This document shows positions 51,790 through 63,885 of a stretch of DNA of 64,000 nt, in pieces. The notes below the pieces were generated by a model. The model saw only the letters and a list, made by a program, of their open reading frames with translations. It ran no database searches and had not been told where the DNA came from. Every line of letters starts with the position of its first letter. Position 1 is the first letter of the stretch. The position numbers and the translations under genes were made by a program. The DNA is taken from the NCBI RefSeq assembly GCF_056746865.1, contig NZ_CM163382.1; one strand, given 5' to 3'.

Positions 51790-53217
51790 ATGTCGATCAA
51801 AACCAGTAATACAGATTTTAAGACACGCATCCGTCAGCAAATTGAAGATCCTATCATGCGCAAAGCGGTGGCAAACGCGCAGCAGCGTATTGGGGCAAAT
51901 CGGCAAAAAATGGTCGATGAATTGGGGCACTGGGAGGAGTGGCGCGATCGGGCCGCCCAGATACGTGATCATGTTCTGAGTAATCTCGACGCTTATCTGT
52001 ACCAGCTCTCAGAAAAAGTGACACAAAACGGCGGTCACGTCTATTTTGCAAAAACCAAAGAAGACGCCACCCGCTATATTTTACAGGTTGCCCAACGCAA
52101 AAATGCCCGGAAGGTGGTGAAATCTAAATCGATGGTGACCGAAGAGATTGGTGTCAATCATGTGTTGCAGGATGCTGGCATTCAGGTGATTGAAACCGAT
52201 CTGGGTGAATACATTCTCCAGCTGGATCAAGATCCGCCCTCTCATGTTGTGGTCCCGGCAATTCATAAAGATCGCCATCAGATCCGTCGAGTGCTACACG
52301 AACGTCTGGGCTATGAGGGGCCGGAAACGCCTGAAGCAATGACCTTATTCATTCGGCAAAAAATCCGCGAAGATTTCCTCAGTGCTGAAATAGGTATTAC
52401 CGGCTGTAATTTCGCGGTGGCAGAGACCGGTTCGGTATGCCTGGTGACCAATGAAGGTAATGCGCGAATGTGTACCACGCTGCCTAAAACGCATATTGCA
52501 GTGATGGGAATGGAGCGTATTGCCCCCACGTTTGCCGAGGTAGATGTATTGATCACCATGCTGGCGCGCAGTGCCGTTGGTGCACGTTTGACGGGATACA
52601 ACACCTGGCTGACAGGACCGCGCGAAGCGGGGCACGTTGATGGTCCTGAAGAGTTTCATCTGGTTATTGTCGATAACGGGCGTTCTGAGGTGCTGGCCTC
52701 TGAATTTCGGGATGTGCTGCGCTGTATTCGCTGCGGGGCTTGTATGAATACTTGTCCGGCATATCGCCATATTGGCGGTCATGGATATGGCTCTATTTAT
52801 CCAGGGCCAATTGGTGCGGTGATTTCTCCGCTACTTGGCGGCTATAAAGATTTTAAAGATTTACCCTACGCCTGCTCTTTATGCACTGCTTGTGACAGCG
52901 TGTGTCCGGTGCGTATTCCGCTGTCAAAACTGATTTTGCGTCATCGTCGGGTGATGGCTGAAAAAGGGATCACCGCAAAAGCAGAGCAACGGGCGATAAA
53001 AATGTTCGCTTATGCCAATAGTCATCCAGGATTGTGGAAAGTCGGGATGATGGCCGGCGCTCATGCGGCAAGCTGGTTTATCAATGGCGGCAAAACACCA
53101 CTCAAATTTGGCGCGATTAGCGACTGGATGGAAGCACGCGATCTTCCTGAAGCTGACGGAGAGAGTTTCCGTAGTTGGTTTAAGAAACATCAGGCGCAGG
53201 AGAAAAAGAATGGATAA
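51790..53217 (+). CDS. ykgF: 4Fe-4S ferredoxin-type oxidoreductase YkgF (LutB-like)
   Basis: 475 aa; CxxCxxCxxxCP motifs (CIRCGACMNTCP, CSLCTACDSVCP). Confidence 0.88.
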   Translation: MSIKTSNTDFKTRIRQQIEDPIMRKAVANAQQRIGANRQKMVDELGHWEEWRDRAAQIRDHVLSNLDAYLYQLSEKVTQNGGHVYFAKTKEDATRYILQVAQRKNARKVVKSKSMVTEEIGVNHVLQDAGIQVIETDLGEYILQLDQDPPSHVVVPAIHKDRHQIRRVLHERLGYEGPETPEAMTLFIRQKIREDFLSAEIGITGCNFAVAETGSVCLVTNEGNARMCTTLPKTHIAVMGMERIAPTFAEVDVLITMLARSAVGARLTGYNTWLTGPREAGHVDGPEEFHLVIVDNGRSEVLASEFRDVLRCIRCGACMNTCPAYRHIGGHGYGSIYPGPIGAVISPLLGGYKDFKDLPYACSLCTACDSVCPVRIPLSKLILRHRRVMAEKGITAKAEQRAIKMFAYANSHPGLWKVGMMAGAHAASWFINGGKTPLKFGAISDWMEARDLPEADGESFRSWFKKHQAQEKKNG

Positions 53218-53905
53218 TCGGAGCGAATTTTTGAATAACGTTGCTCAGGCACTGGGTCGCCCGTTGCGACTTGAACCGCAAGCAGAAGATGCGCCGCTTA
53301 ACAACTATGCTAACGAGCGGCTTACCCAACTTAACCAACAGCAGCGCTGTGACGCGTTTATTCAGTTTGCCAGCGATGTTATGTTGACGCGCTGTGAGCT
53401 GACCAGCGAGGCGAAGGCGGCAGAAGCTGCAATACGTCTGTGTAAAGAGCTGGGAGATCAGTCGGTCGTGATTAGCGGTGACACGAGGCTGGAGGAATTG
53501 GGGATTAGCGAACGTTTGCAGCAGGAATGCAATGCCGTTGTTTGGGATCCGGCGAAAGGTGCCGAGAATATCTCGCAGGCAGAGCAGGCTAAAGTGGGTG
53601 TCGTGTATGCTGAATATGGTTTAACCGAATCGGGAGGCGTGGTTCTTTTTTCCGCCGCCGAGCGCGGGCGTTCATTGAGCCTGCTCCCGGAATCTTCTCT
53701 TTTTATCCTGCGTAAAAGCACAATCCTGCCGCGTATAGCGCAACTTGCAGAAAAATTGCATCAGAAAGCGCAGGCCGGTGAACGAATGCCGTCATGTATT
53801 AACATCATCAGTGGTCCCAGTTCAACGGCGGACATTGAGCTTATCAAAGTCGTCGGGGTTCATGGTCCGGTGAAAGCGGTGTATCTGATTATTGAGGATT
53901 GCTGA
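53210..53905 (+). CDS. ykgG: LutC-like protein YkgG
   Basis: 231 aa from ATG 53210, overlapping the ykgF stop; third gene of the ykgEFG operon. Confidence 0.82.
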   Translation: MDNRSEFLNNVAQALGRPLRLEPQAEDAPLNNYANERLTQLNQQQRCDAFIQFASDVMLTRCELTSEAKAAEAAIRLCKELGDQSVVISGDTRLEELGISERLQQECNAVVWDPAKGAENISQAEQAKVGVVYAEYGLTESGGVVLFSAAERGRSLSLLPESSLFILRKSTILPRIAQLAEKLHQKAQAGERMPSCINIISGPSSTADIELIKVVGVHGPVKAVYLIIEDC

Positions 53906-54147
53906 GAGTGATATGAAGTCTGGACATAAACCTGAAGTCGGCATACGAGGTTGTGAATAGCGTTAAGGACAACCTGACTTAACCCCGTTCCGTCATGGTT
54001 ATGCTGCTCTTCTGTAAATATCCTGGCATTAGTAATGCCAGGATATTTACAGTGAAAAAGACAGGAATCCATTCCTGAAGACGGGCTCCCTTCCCGGTCA
54101 TTGTCACTATAGTTTTATACAGGCACTCTCTGTCAGAATGCTGTTTA

Positions 54148-54816
54148 TTACTGCCCAGAGTTTTGTTGGTATTCATCTACCATTTTTTTGACAAGGCAAA
54201 ACATTACAGAAATTACAATGCTTATAAAAAATCCCAGAGCCAGGCAAATGGCAGCAGGGTATTTATTTTTTATTTCTGGTGAGCTTATAGTTACACAGCC
54301 ATCACCGTTCGGATACAATGACCAGTTCCTGGTCAGGTATATCATTTTTGTATAAAGCTCACTGTTAATTGCTGAAGGTGTTTGTATCTCATCGAGAACT
54401 TGCCTGCCATTATGATATTCTGACGCATACCATTTGATAATAGACGCCTGCACGCGAGATATTTCCGCTTCAGCAGTTGGTAAATCTCTCTTATCTCCTG
54501 ACCATTCCAGCTTTATTTCTCTGTTCTTGACATCTGGGCTGGTCTGAAAAAATGTAGTAATTCGCTGAATAACATCTTCAGTCATTGTGGTCTGACAGGC
54601 AAAGTTATTATTGCTATCACAGCTAACAAGTATGCCTGGTGTTGTCTGGTTTATTTTTAGGCTGTAACTCACTTTTATATTATCTTTATTGATATACAGA
54701 AACAACAGCACCATTGCCATACAGATAGTTATAATAAAAAGGATAATACGAATCTTTTTCTTCAGATAAAATAAAATCTCAATCAGATCGATATCCTGTT
54801 TGATTTGTTCACTCAT
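54148..54816 (-). CDS. ykgH: inner membrane protein YkgH
   Basis: 222 aa, single N-terminal TM helix; position between ykgG and betA. Confidence 0.75.
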   Translation of the reverse strand: MSEQIKQDIDLIEILFYLKKKIRIILFIITICMAMVLLFLYINKDNIKVSYSLKINQTTPGILVSCDSNNNFACQTTMTEDVIQRITTFFQTSPDVKNREIKLEWSGDKRDLPTAEAEISRVQASIIKWYASEYHNGRQVLDEIQTPSAINSELYTKMIYLTRNWSLYPNGDGCVTISSPEIKNKYPAAICLALGFFISIVISVMFCLVKKMVDEYQQNSGQ

Positions 54817-55026
54817 AATATATCCAGAAAATAAAATCTGCCGCAGATAAATGAATTAATAGGCTGTATCAGGAGTGTTCGGGTTAAATATCAGCAAAAA
54901 ACCAGCATCATGAATACTGGATATGAAGCATGAGAGTTACCTCAGTGTTTTATATAAGGATTCGGTCCTCATAGTAGAACGGTAACTCTCAATCTGATAG
55001 GTTCCTGAGTCAGTTCACATCACGAC

Positions 55027-56697
55027 TCATTTTTTCGCTCTCACCGGCCTCCCATTTGCCACATAATATCCCGCCGTGCTCCTCGGCAACGCATCCTTCC
55101 CGCGAATCATATCCGCCATTTTCTCGCCAATCATAATAGTCGTGGCGTTCAAATTGCCGGTGATAATCTGCGGCATAATTGACGCATCCACCACGCGCAG
55201 GCCTTCCAGCCCGTGTACGCGGCCTTCGCCGTCAACCACTGCCATCTCGTCATAACCCATTTTGCAGGTACCGCACGGGTGGAAGGCGGTTTCGGCGTGG
55301 TTACGCACGAACTCATCGAGCTGCTCATCCGTCTGGCATTCGACACCGGGGCTGATTTCGCGGCCACGATACTGATCCAGCGCCGGTTGATGCATGATCT
55401 CGCGGGTGATGCGAATTGCGTCGCGGAACTCCTGCCAGTCCTGCTCGTGCGACATGTAGTTAAACAGAATCGCTGGATGCTGGTGCGGGTCGCGGGATTT
55501 AATCCGCACATGCCCACGGCTTGGCGAGCGCATCGATCCGACGTGGCACTGGAAGCCGTGCTCTTTCACTGCGTTCGAGCCGTTATAGTTAATCGCCACT
55601 GGCAGGAAATGGTACTGAATATTCGGCCACGCAAATTCCTCACGGCTGCGAATAAATCCGCCTGCTTCAAAGTGGTTGCTGGCACCAACGCCGGTGCCGC
55701 CAAACAGCCACTCCGCACCGATTTTCGGCTGATTCCACCACTGCAGGGCAGGGTAGAGGGAAACCGGTTCTTTGCACTCATATTGCAGGTACATCTCCAG
55801 GTGATCCTGAAGATTTTCGCCGACGCCGGGTAAATCATGCACCAGCGGAATATCAAACTCCGCCAGCAGTTCAGCGCTACCCACGCCGGAACGTTGCAGG
55901 ATCTGCGGAGAGGCGATCGCACCTGCACATAACAGCACCTCTTTATTCGCTGTCGCGCGGGTTGGAATGGTGCTGTCGCCTTCCAGCCACTCGACGCCCA
56001 CCGCGCGTTTGCCGTCAAAAATGATGTGATCGGTCATGGCGTGAGTACGAATGGTCAGGTTAGGGCGCGATTTGGCCTGATCGAGATAGCCACGCGCGGT
56101 GCTGGCGCGACGGCCATGCGGCGTGACGGTGCGATCCATCGGGCCAAAACCTTCCTGCTGATAGCCGTTGAGATCGTCCGTGCGCGGGTAGCCTGCCTGC
56201 ACGCCCGCTTCAATCATCGCTTCAAACAGCGGATTGACGCCGGGTTTGGAGGTAGTGACGCTCACCGGGCCATCGCCACCGTGGTAGTCGTTCTCGCCTA
56301 CATCGCGAGTCTCGGCCTTGCGGTAGTAGGGCAGGCAGTCGAGATAACTCCAGTTCTCCAGACCGGGTTCTTGCGCCCAGTTATCGAGATCCAGCGCGTT
56401 ACCACGGATGTAACACATGCCGTTGATCAGTGATGACCCGCCAAGCCCCTTACCGCGTCCGCACTCCATGCGACGGTTGTTCATAAACGGTTCCGGTTCC
56501 GTCTCATAGGCCCAGTTATAGCGTTTACCCTGTAGCGGGAATGCCAGCGCGGCGGGCATCTGGGTGCGGAAGTCAAAGCGATAGTCCGGGCCGCCTGCTT
56601 CAAGCAGCAGCACGGTTGTGTTCGGATCTTCAGTCAGACGGGTAGCGAGAACGTTGCCGGCTGAGCCGGCACCAATAATGATGTAGTCAAATTGCAA
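55027..56697 (-). CDS. betA: choline dehydrogenase BetA
   Basis: 556 aa from TTG start with GGAGG RBS; GMC oxidoreductase FAD motif [11 protein letters not shown]. Confidence 0.94.
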   Translation of the reverse strand: MQFDYIIIGAGSAGNVLATRLTEDPNTTVLLLEAGGPDYRFDFRTQMPAALAFPLQGKRYNWAYETEPEPFMNNRRMECGRGKGLGGSSLINGMCYIRGNALDLDNWAQEPGLENWSYLDCLPYYRKAETRDVGENDYHGGDGPVSVTTSKPGVNPLFEAMIEAGVQAGYPRTDDLNGYQQEGFGPMDRTVTPHGRRASTARGYLDQAKSRPNLTIRTHAMTDHIIFDGKRAVGVEWLEGDSTIPTRATANKEVLLCAGAIASPQILQRSGVGSAELLAEFDIPLVHDLPGVGENLQDHLEMYLQYECKEPVSLYPALQWWNQPKIGAEWLFGGTGVGASNHFEAGGFIRSREEFAWPNIQYHFLPVAINYNGSNAVKEHGFQCHVGSMRSPSRGHVRIKSRDPHQHPAILFNYMSHEQDWQEFRDAIRITREIMHQPALDQYRGREISPGVECQTDEQLDEFVRNHAETAFHPCGTCKMGYDEMAVVDGEGRVHGLEGLRVVDASIMPQIITGNLNATTIMIGEKMADMIRGKDALPRSTAGYYVANGRPVRAKK

Positions 56698-56710
56698 ATA
56701 AACCTCCTGG

Positions 56711-58183
56711 TTAGAATATGGACTGGAATTTAGCCATCTCAACCTGGATGGACTTCACCTGGGTGTAACTCTGGAGCGTCATCACGCCGTTCTCGCGACC
56801 AATGCCGGAGTGTTTGTAGCCGCCAACGGGCATCTCAGCAGGGGATTCGCCCCAGGTGTTGATCCAGCAAATACCCGCTTCCAGCTGATGAATGACGCGA
56901 TGCGCGCGGTTCAGGTCCGCCGTCACGATGCCCGCCGCTAGGCCGTAGTCGGTATCATTGGCGCGGCGAATCACTTCGTCCTCAGATTCATAAGTGAGAA
57001 GCGACATCACCGGACCGAAGATCTCTTCGCGCACGATGGTCATTTCGTCGCGGCAATCGGTGAACACGGTCGGTGCAACCCATGCGCCGTTATCGAAGCC
57101 ATCGCCTTTCAGTACATCGCCGCCGCACAGTACGCGCGCGCCTTCCTCTTTGCCTTTGGCGATGTAACGCAGCACGTTATCGCGATGCGGGAAGCTGACC
57201 AGCGGGCCAAAGTTAGTTTGCGGATCGAAAACGTCGCCCGCGCGAATGCGCTCAACGCGCGCCAGAATCTTTTGTTCAAATGCGGCTTTGCATTTCGCCG
57301 GAACGAAGACGCGGGTGCCGTTGGTACACACCTGACCGGAGCTGAAGAAGTTCGCCATCATGGCGATATCAGCGGCGAGATCGAGATCTGCATCGTCGAA
57401 AACGATCAGCGGCGATTTACCGCCCAGTTCCATGGTCACTTCTTTCAGGGAGGAAGCTGCCGAGTTAGCCATCACTTTTTTGCCGCTGGCGACACCGCCG
57501 GTAAATGACACTTTGGCAATGCCCGGATGATCGGTCAGATATTGCCCGGTCTCCGCGCCCACGCCCGGCAACACGTTAAATACACCGTCCGGCAGGCCCG
57601 CTTCGCTGTAAATTTCAGCCAGCTTTAACGCGGTAAGCGGGGTGACTTCGCTCGGTTTGAAGATCATTGCATTGCCTGCCGCCAGCGCCGGGGCGGATTT
57701 CCACAGGGCAATCTGGATCGGGTAGTTCCATGCGCCAATCCCTGCCACTACGCCCAGCGGTTCGCGGCGGGTATAGACAAATGACGTCTCACGCAATGGG
57801 ATCTGGCTGCCTTCCAGCGACGGGATCAGCCCGGCGTAGTACTCGAGCACGTCCGCGCCGGTAACGATATCGACGGTTGAGGTTTCCGAATACGCTTTTC
57901 CGGTGTCGAGGGTTTCCAGTTTTGCGAGTTCGTTATTGCGTTCACGCAGAATATCAACGGCCCGACGCAGAATACGCGAGCGTTCCATAGCGGTCATCGC
58001 CGCCCAGATTTTTTGCCCCTGTTGGGCACTCTTCACGGCGCGATCGACATCCTCACGCCCGGCGGCCTGCACGGTCGCCAGCACGTTACCGTTGGCCGGG
58101 TTAATGGTCTCGAAGGTGCGACCGCTGGTGGCGGAGGTATAACCACCATGTATATAAAGCTGCTGTTCTGCCATTCGGGACAT
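56711..58183 (-). CDS. betB: betaine aldehyde dehydrogenase BetB
   Basis: 490 aa aldehyde dehydrogenase; recognised BetB sequence. Confidence 0.95.
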
Positions 58184-58196
58184 CACGTCTCCTCGG

Positions 58197-58784
58197 TTAA
58201 TCGGTGGGTAAATGCTGAGTAATAAAGTGACGGGTCAGCGAGTGTGCGAGAGGTTTATCCAGCGGTTTGCCGCTCAGTGCCGCGCGCAGCCATAATCCGT
58301 CAATCAGCGCGGCAAGGCCGTAGCCCGCTTCCTGTGCCTGTTGGCGCGGTAACTCGCGGTGAAATTCGCTCACCAGATTCGACAACAAGCGGCGGCTGCT
58401 CACCTGCTGCAAACGGTAAAGCATTGGCTGATGCATACTGCTGGCCCAAAACGCCAACCAGGCTTTCATCGCAGCATTACTGACCTGCGTTTCATCGAAA
58501 TTCCCGTCAACAATCGCCTGTAATCGCTGCTCTGCACTGCCCTGCGGAAGTGCATGTAATCGATTCAAAACCGCGTCACGCAGCTGACTGGTGATATCGC
58601 GCATGGTTGCTTCCAGCAGACCATTTTTGTCCCTGAAATAGTGGCTGATGATCCCCGTAGAAACGCCTGCACGGCGGGCGATCTGCGCGATCGTTGCATC
58701 GTGCATGCCCACTTCATTTATTGCTTCCAGCGTGGCGTCGATCAGTTGTCTGCGCCGGATCGACTGCATCCCCAATTTGGGCAT
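58197..58784 (-). CDS. betI: TetR-family repressor BetI
   Basis: 195 aa from [19 protein letters not shown]...; TetR HTH. Confidence 0.9.
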
Positions 58785-58828
58785 TTTCGCCACTCCATTC
58801 ATCAGCGTTGTTTATCTATTAAAGCGGT

Positions 58829-58848
58829 TATTGATTGGACGTTCAATA
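58829..58848. promoter_or_regulatory. candidate BetI operator in the betI-betT divergent promoter region
   Basis: inverted repeat TATTGA-N8-TCAATA (tattgattggacgttcaata) centred in the 128 bp intergenic region. Confidence 0.45.
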
Positions 58849-58912
58849 TAAAATGTGTCTTAATTGTTACGAATTTGATTTTAAATGGTAACAATAACAG
58901 TGGGGATACTGG

Positions 58913-60946
58913 ATGACAGACCTTTCACACAGCAGGGAAAAGGACAAAATCAATCCGGTGGTGTTTTACACTTCCGCCGGACTGATTTTGTTGTTTTCCC
59001 TGACAACGATCCTGTTTCGCGACTTCTCGGCCCTGTGGATTGGACGCACGCTGGACTGGGTCTCTAAAACCTTCGGTTGGTACTATCTGCTGGCGGCAAC
59101 GCTCTATATTGTCTTTGTGGTCTGTATCGCTTGTTCGCGTTTTGGTTCGGTGAAGCTCGGGCCAGAACAATCCAAACCGGAATTCAGTCTGCTGAGTTGG
59201 GCGGCGATGCTGTTTGCTGCCGGGATCGGTATCGACCTGATGTTCTTCTCCGTAGCCGAACCGGTAACGCAGTATATGCAGCCGCCGGAAGGCGCGGGTC
59301 AGACGATTGAGGCTGCGCGTCAGGCGATGGTCTGGACGCTGTTTCACTACGGCTTAACCGGCTGGTCGATGTATGCGCTGATGGGCATGGCGCTCGGATA
59401 CTTTAGCTATCGTTATAATTTGCCGCTCACCATCCGCTCGGCGCTGTACCCGATCTTCGGTAAACGGATTAACGGGCCGATTGGTCATTCAGTGGATATT
59501 GCAGCGGTAATCGGCACCATCTTCGGTATTGCCACTACGCTCGGTATCGGTGTGGTGCAGCTTAACTATGGCTTGAGCGTACTGTTTGATATTCCCGATT
59601 CAATGGCGGCGAAAGCGGCACTGATCGCCTTGTCGGTGATCATCGCCACGATCTCTGTCACCTCCGGTGTCGATAAGGGCATTCGTGTGTTATCGGAACT
59701 TAACGTTGCGCTGGCGCTGGGATTGATCCTTTTCGTGCTGTTTATGGGCGACACCTCGTTCCTGCTTAATGCGCTGGTGCTGAACGTTGGCGACTATGTG
59801 AATCGCTTTATGGGCATGACGCTCAACAGTTTTGCCTTCGACCGTCCGGTTGAGTGGATGAATAACTGGACGCTCTTCTTCTGGGCATGGTGGGTGGCAT
59901 GGTCGCCGTTTGTCGGCCTGTTTCTGGCGCGTATCTCGCGCGGGCGTACCATTCGCCAGTTCGTGCTGGGCACGTTGATTATTCCGTTTACCTTCACGCT
60001 GTTATGGCTCTCGGTGTTCGGCAATAGCGCGCTGTATGAAATCATCCACGGCGGCGCGGCATTTGCCGAGGAAGCGATGGTCCATCCGGAGCGCGGCTTC
60101 TACAGCCTGCTGGCGCAGTATCCGGCGTTTACCTTTAGCGCCTCCGTCGCCACCATTACTGGCCTGCTGTTTTATGTGACCTCGGCGGACTCCGGGGCGC
60201 TGGTGCTGGGGAATTTCACCTCGCAGCTTAAAGATATCAACAGCGACGCCCCCGGCTGGCTGCGCGTCTTCTGGTCGGTGGCGATTGGCCTGCTAACGCT
60301 CGGCATGCTGATGACCAACGGGATATCCGCGCTGCAAAACACCACGGTAATCATGGGGCTGCCGTTCAGCTTTGTGATTTTCTTCGTGATGGCGGGGTTG
60401 TATAAATCTCTGAAGGTAGAAGATTACCGCCGTGAAAGTGCCAACCGTGATACCGCGCCGCGACCGCTGGGGCTTCAGGATCGCCTGAGCTGGAAAAAAC
60501 GTCTCTCGCGCCTGATGAATTATCCGGGCACGCGTTACACTAAACAGATGATGGAGACGGTCTGTTACCCGGCAATGGAAGAAGTGGCGCAGGAGCTGCG
60601 GTTGCGCGGCGCGTACGTGGAGCTAAAAAGCCTGCCGCCGGAAGAGGGACAACAGTTGGGGCATCTGGATTTGTTGGTGCATATGGGCGAAGAGCAAAAC
60701 TTTGTCTATCAGATTTGGCCGCAGCAATATTCGGTGCCGGGCTTTACCTACCGCGCACGTAGCGGTAAATCGACCTACTACCGGCTGGAAACCTTCCTGT
60801 TAGAAGGCAGCCAGGGCAACGACCTGATGGACTACAGCAAAGAGCAGGTGATCACCGATATTCTTGACCAGTACGAGCGGCATCTTAACTTTATCCATCT
60901 CCATCGTGAAGCGCCGGGCCATAGCGTGATGTTCCCGGACGCGTGA
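58913..60946 (+). CDS. betT: choline transporter BetT (BCCT family)
   Basis: 677 aa polytopic transporter, recognised BetT sequence. Confidence 0.95.
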   Translation: MTDLSHSREKDKINPVVFYTSAGLILLFSLTTILFRDFSALWIGRTLDWVSKTFGWYYLLAATLYIVFVVCIACSRFGSVKLGPEQSKPEFSLLSWAAMLFAAGIGIDLMFFSVAEPVTQYMQPPEGAGQTIEAARQAMVWTLFHYGLTGWSMYALMGMALGYFSYRYNLPLTIRSALYPIFGKRINGPIGHSVDIAAVIGTIFGIATTLGIGVVQLNYGLSVLFDIPDSMAAKAALIALSVIIATISVTSGVDKGIRVLSELNVALALGLILFVLFMGDTSFLLNALVLNVGDYVNRFMGMTLNSFAFDRPVEWMNNWTLFFWAWWVAWSPFVGLFLARISRGRTIRQFVLGTLIIPFTFTLLWLSVFGNSALYEIIHGGAAFAEEAMVHPERGFYSLLAQYPAFTFSASVATITGLLFYVTSADSGALVLGNFTSQLKDINSDAPGWLRVFWSVAIGLLTLGMLMTNGISALQNTTVIMGLPFSFVIFFVMAGLYKSLKVEDYRRESANRDTAPRPLGLQDRLSWKKRLSRLMNYPGTRYTKQMMETVCYPAMEEVAQELRLRGAYVELKSLPPEEGQQLGHLDLLVHMGEEQNFVYQIWPQQYSVPGFTYRARSGKSTYYRLETFLLEGSQGNDLMDYSKEQVITDILDQYERHLNFIHLHREAPGHSVMFPDA

Positions 60947-60958
60947 TTGTTATTGCAT

Positions 60959-60996
60959 AAAACCGCGCCATGTCTGCATATGGCGCGGTTTCTCTT
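60959..60996 (+). terminator. terminator hairpin after betT
   Basis: 12 bp stem aaaccgcgccat/atggcgcggttt followed by tctctt. Confidence 0.55.
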
Positions 60997-61822
60997 ACCT
61001 CTTGATACGTTATATCTGTGTACAGTTAAGCCCTTAGTATCGATTGATGATTGCCAGGCAACAGATAATAAAAAAGAAAAGAACTATTGAAGCCCAAAAC
61101 CTACGCTTGGACTGTTGTGAATGTTCAATAAGCTTAGTCTTATTTAATGTAAATATTGGTGCTAATTTGAAATGACGCTTTATTCATGGGAAACGCGTAG
61201 CGCAAATCAACTAAAATCAATGTAACTGTTTGTTGTTTAAGGTTTAATTGTCTGTGTCTGATATTTTATTGATTGTTTTAAATATTGTTTTTATTGTCAT
61301 TGTTATAATGTTGGCTATCTATTGCTGAATGGATTCAGCCTTAAAAGGCAGGTTGTTAAGGGATAGGCATAGAGTAATGACGTGTATGCATAACCAACAT
61401 CTTTACTCATTATGTCATTGAATGTTGACGCTATGTGTTTATGAGGTTGAGGTATTTTCAGTTGATCTGGATTGTTAAATTCATATAATGCGCCTTTACT
61501 CATGAATGGGCGTCAATACGTAGTGGGAAATTATAAATATTGAAATAGTCCAACTACTTCTTTATTACCAAAAATGAGTATCTGAATTTTAATATTGCAT
61601 TCTTGCGTGATTATCTCCTGAGTTTGACTTGTGATTACCTTTTTAAGGTATTTAGCGTAACTGTTTTTGAGCGAGCATCAGAGGTAAAGATAATCTTTTT
61701 GATAGTAATGTGGGATGTTATGCGTATGGCATCGCTGATGTTTATGGTTACCCCTTATGTGTGCTCAGGAATCCACAGGTAATCACTCATACTGAACAGC
61801 GATAAAAGATAAAGGTGTGTTC

Positions 61823-62911
61823 ATGAATTCATGTGATTTTCGTGTTTTTCTGCAAGAGTTCGGTACAACGGTTCATTTGTCATTGCCTGGTAGCGTATCC
61901 GAGAAAGAACGACTGCTACTCAAGCTGCTGATGCAGGGAATGTCTGTAACAGAAATATCACAGTACAGAAATCGCAGTGCAAAGACCATTTCACATCAAA
62001 AGAAACAGCTCTTTGAGAAACTGGGGATTCAGAGCGATATTACTTTCTGGCGGGATATTTTCTTTCAGTACAATCCGGAGATCATATCCGCCACGGGTAA
62101 TAATAGTCACAAATATATTAATGATAATCACTATCACCATATCGTCACGCCTGAAGCCATCAGTCTGGCGTTGGAAAACCATGAGTTTAAACCGTGGATC
62201 CAACCGGTTTTCTGCGCGCAGACTGGGGTACTGACGGGCTGTGAGGTGCTTGTCCGCTGGGAACATCCACAAACGGGAATTATCCCACCGGATCAGTTTA
62301 TTCCTCTGGCGGAGTCATCTGGTCTTATCGTCATAATGACTCGCCAGTTGATGAAACAGACTGCGGATATTCTGATGCCGGTAAAACATTTGCTGCCGGA
62401 TAATTTCCATATTGGCATCAACGTCTCGGCGGGTTGTTTTTTGGCCGCGGGATTTGAAAAAGAATGCCTGAACCTGGTCAAGAAATTAGGAAACGATAAA
62501 ATCAAACTGGTTCTCGAGCTAACGGAACGTAACCCTATTCCGGTAACGCCAGAAGCCAGAGCGATATTTGACAGCCTTCATCAGCACAACATTACCTTTG
62601 CGCTGGATGACTTTGGTACGGGTTATGCGACCTATCGTTACTTGCAGGCGTTCCCGGTCGATTTTATTAAGATCGATAAGTCATTTGTGCAAATGGCGAG
62701 CGTGGACGAAATATCCGGTCATATTGTGGACAATATTGTCGAACTGGCGCGTAAGCCTGGTCTGAGTATCGTGGCGGAAGGGGTAGAAACCCAGGAGCAG
62801 GCGGATTTAATGATCGGCAAAGGCGTTCACTTTTTGCAGGGCTATTTGTACTCTCCGCCAGTACCGGGTAATAAATTTATCTCTGAATGGGTAATGAAAG
62901 CAGGTGGTTGA
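61823..62911 (+). CDS. pdeL: c-di-GMP phosphodiesterase PdeL (LuxR HTH plus EAL domain)
   Basis: 362 aa from MNSCDF...; N-terminal LuxR-type HTH; EAL-domain motifs (ELTE, DDFGTGYA). Confidence 0.9.
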   Translation: MNSCDFRVFLQEFGTTVHLSLPGSVSEKERLLLKLLMQGMSVTEISQYRNRSAKTISHQKKQLFEKLGIQSDITFWRDIFFQYNPEIISATGNNSHKYINDNHYHHIVTPEAISLALENHEFKPWIQPVFCAQTGVLTGCEVLVRWEHPQTGIIPPDQFIPLAESSGLIVIMTRQLMKQTADILMPVKHLLPDNFHIGINVSAGCFLAAGFEKECLNLVKKLGNDKIKLVLELTERNPIPVTPEARAIFDSLHQHNITFALDDFGTGYATYRYLQAFPVDFIKIDKSFVQMASVDEISGHIVDNIVELARKPGLSIVAEGVETQEQADLMIGKGVHFLQGYLYSPPVPGNKFISEWVMKAGG

Positions 62912-62952
62912 TGTAAACCGCTATTCACAGCGCATCGGGAGGTTGGCAGCGA

Positions 62953-63885
62953 TTAATTCTCCCGATGCAGTAAATCCTGATAGATCCCCGTTAATATGCC
63001 ATTTGGCGAAAATTGTTTTTTAATCCACTGCGTCACCTGACCGGTGGCAGAGTGCTGGGTCGCCAGTAACATGCGTGAATCCTGGCGCGGATTATGGATT
63101 TGGCGGGTAACCAGCAGGGATTGCTCCATCGCCTCGCGAACCATGTAATCCGGCAAAAAACCAATTCCTTCACCTAAAATCTGGCACTGACATTTGGTGT
63201 TGAAATCTGGCACCAGAATCGACTCCTGCCCATGCAGCAACCAGCCCACTTTTTTATTAATCGTATGCGCGGTGTCTTCCACCATGATATTGGGATAGAG
63301 ACGCAGCTGGCTTTCGGCGATGGGTTCCGGCACAAAGGCTAACGGGTGATCCGGGGCGATAGCAAAAGCCCAGCGAATCGCGCCAATCTCCGTGTAATCA
63401 ATGCCGCCACCGTCCAGCAGCGTGTCGGGTGCGCCGATAGCAATATTCGCCTGATTATTAATAATCGCATCCCAGACGCCGTTATACACTTCGGTCGTCA
63501 CGGTAATCTGGCAGGTTGGAAACTGCTTTTTCAGTACCTGTAATAAGCGTGCGGTGTGTTTGGGCGTATAAAGCAGTTGGTTAATACAAATGCGCACCCG
63601 TGCTTCTATACCCTGCGAAATAGTATCGATGCTGCGTTTGATGGCGTGAAAATCATTCAGCAGGTCGGTAGCTTTGCGGAAAAAATAACGCCCGGACTCC
63701 GTTAACTCAATGCTGCGGGTACTGCGAGTGAACAGCACCACATCCAGCCCTGTTTCCATTCGCTTGATGGTGTAGCTAATGGCGGAAGTGGTTAAACCCA
63801 ACTCTTCTGCGGCTTTACTGAAGCTGCCAAAACGCGCAGCGGTAGTAAATGCCAACAGATTCTCTTCGGTAAAAATTGAGTTCAT
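62953..63885 (-). CDS. yahB: LysR-family transcriptional regulator YahB
   Basis: 310 aa; HTH FSKAAEELGLTTSAISYTIKRME; convergent with pdeL. Confidence 0.85.
   Translation of the reverse strand: MNSIFTEENLLAFTTAARFGSFSKAAEELGLTTSAISYTIKRMETGLDVVLFTRSTRSIELTESGRYFFRKATDLLNDFHAIKRSIDTISQGIEARVRICINQLLYTPKHTARLLQVLKKQFPTCQITVTTEVYNGVWDAIINNQANIAIGAPDTLLDGGGIDYTEIGAIRWAFAIAPDHPLAFVPEPIAESQLRLYPNIMVEDTAHTINKKVGWLLHGQESILVPDFNTKCQCQILGEGIGFLPDYMVREAMEQSLLVTRQIHNPRQDSRMLLATQHSATGQVTQWIKKQFSPNGILTGIYQDLLHREN

Noticed and set aside
55213-55833. 206 aa antisense ORF within betA
   Set aside because: Shadow ORF of a highly expressed, well-recognised gene.
62932-62966. 9 bp inverted repeat (catcgggag / ctcccgatg) between pdeL and yahB
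   Set aside because: The right arm lies inside the yahB coding 3' end and the loop is about 17 nt; could be a convergent terminator but the evidence is weak.
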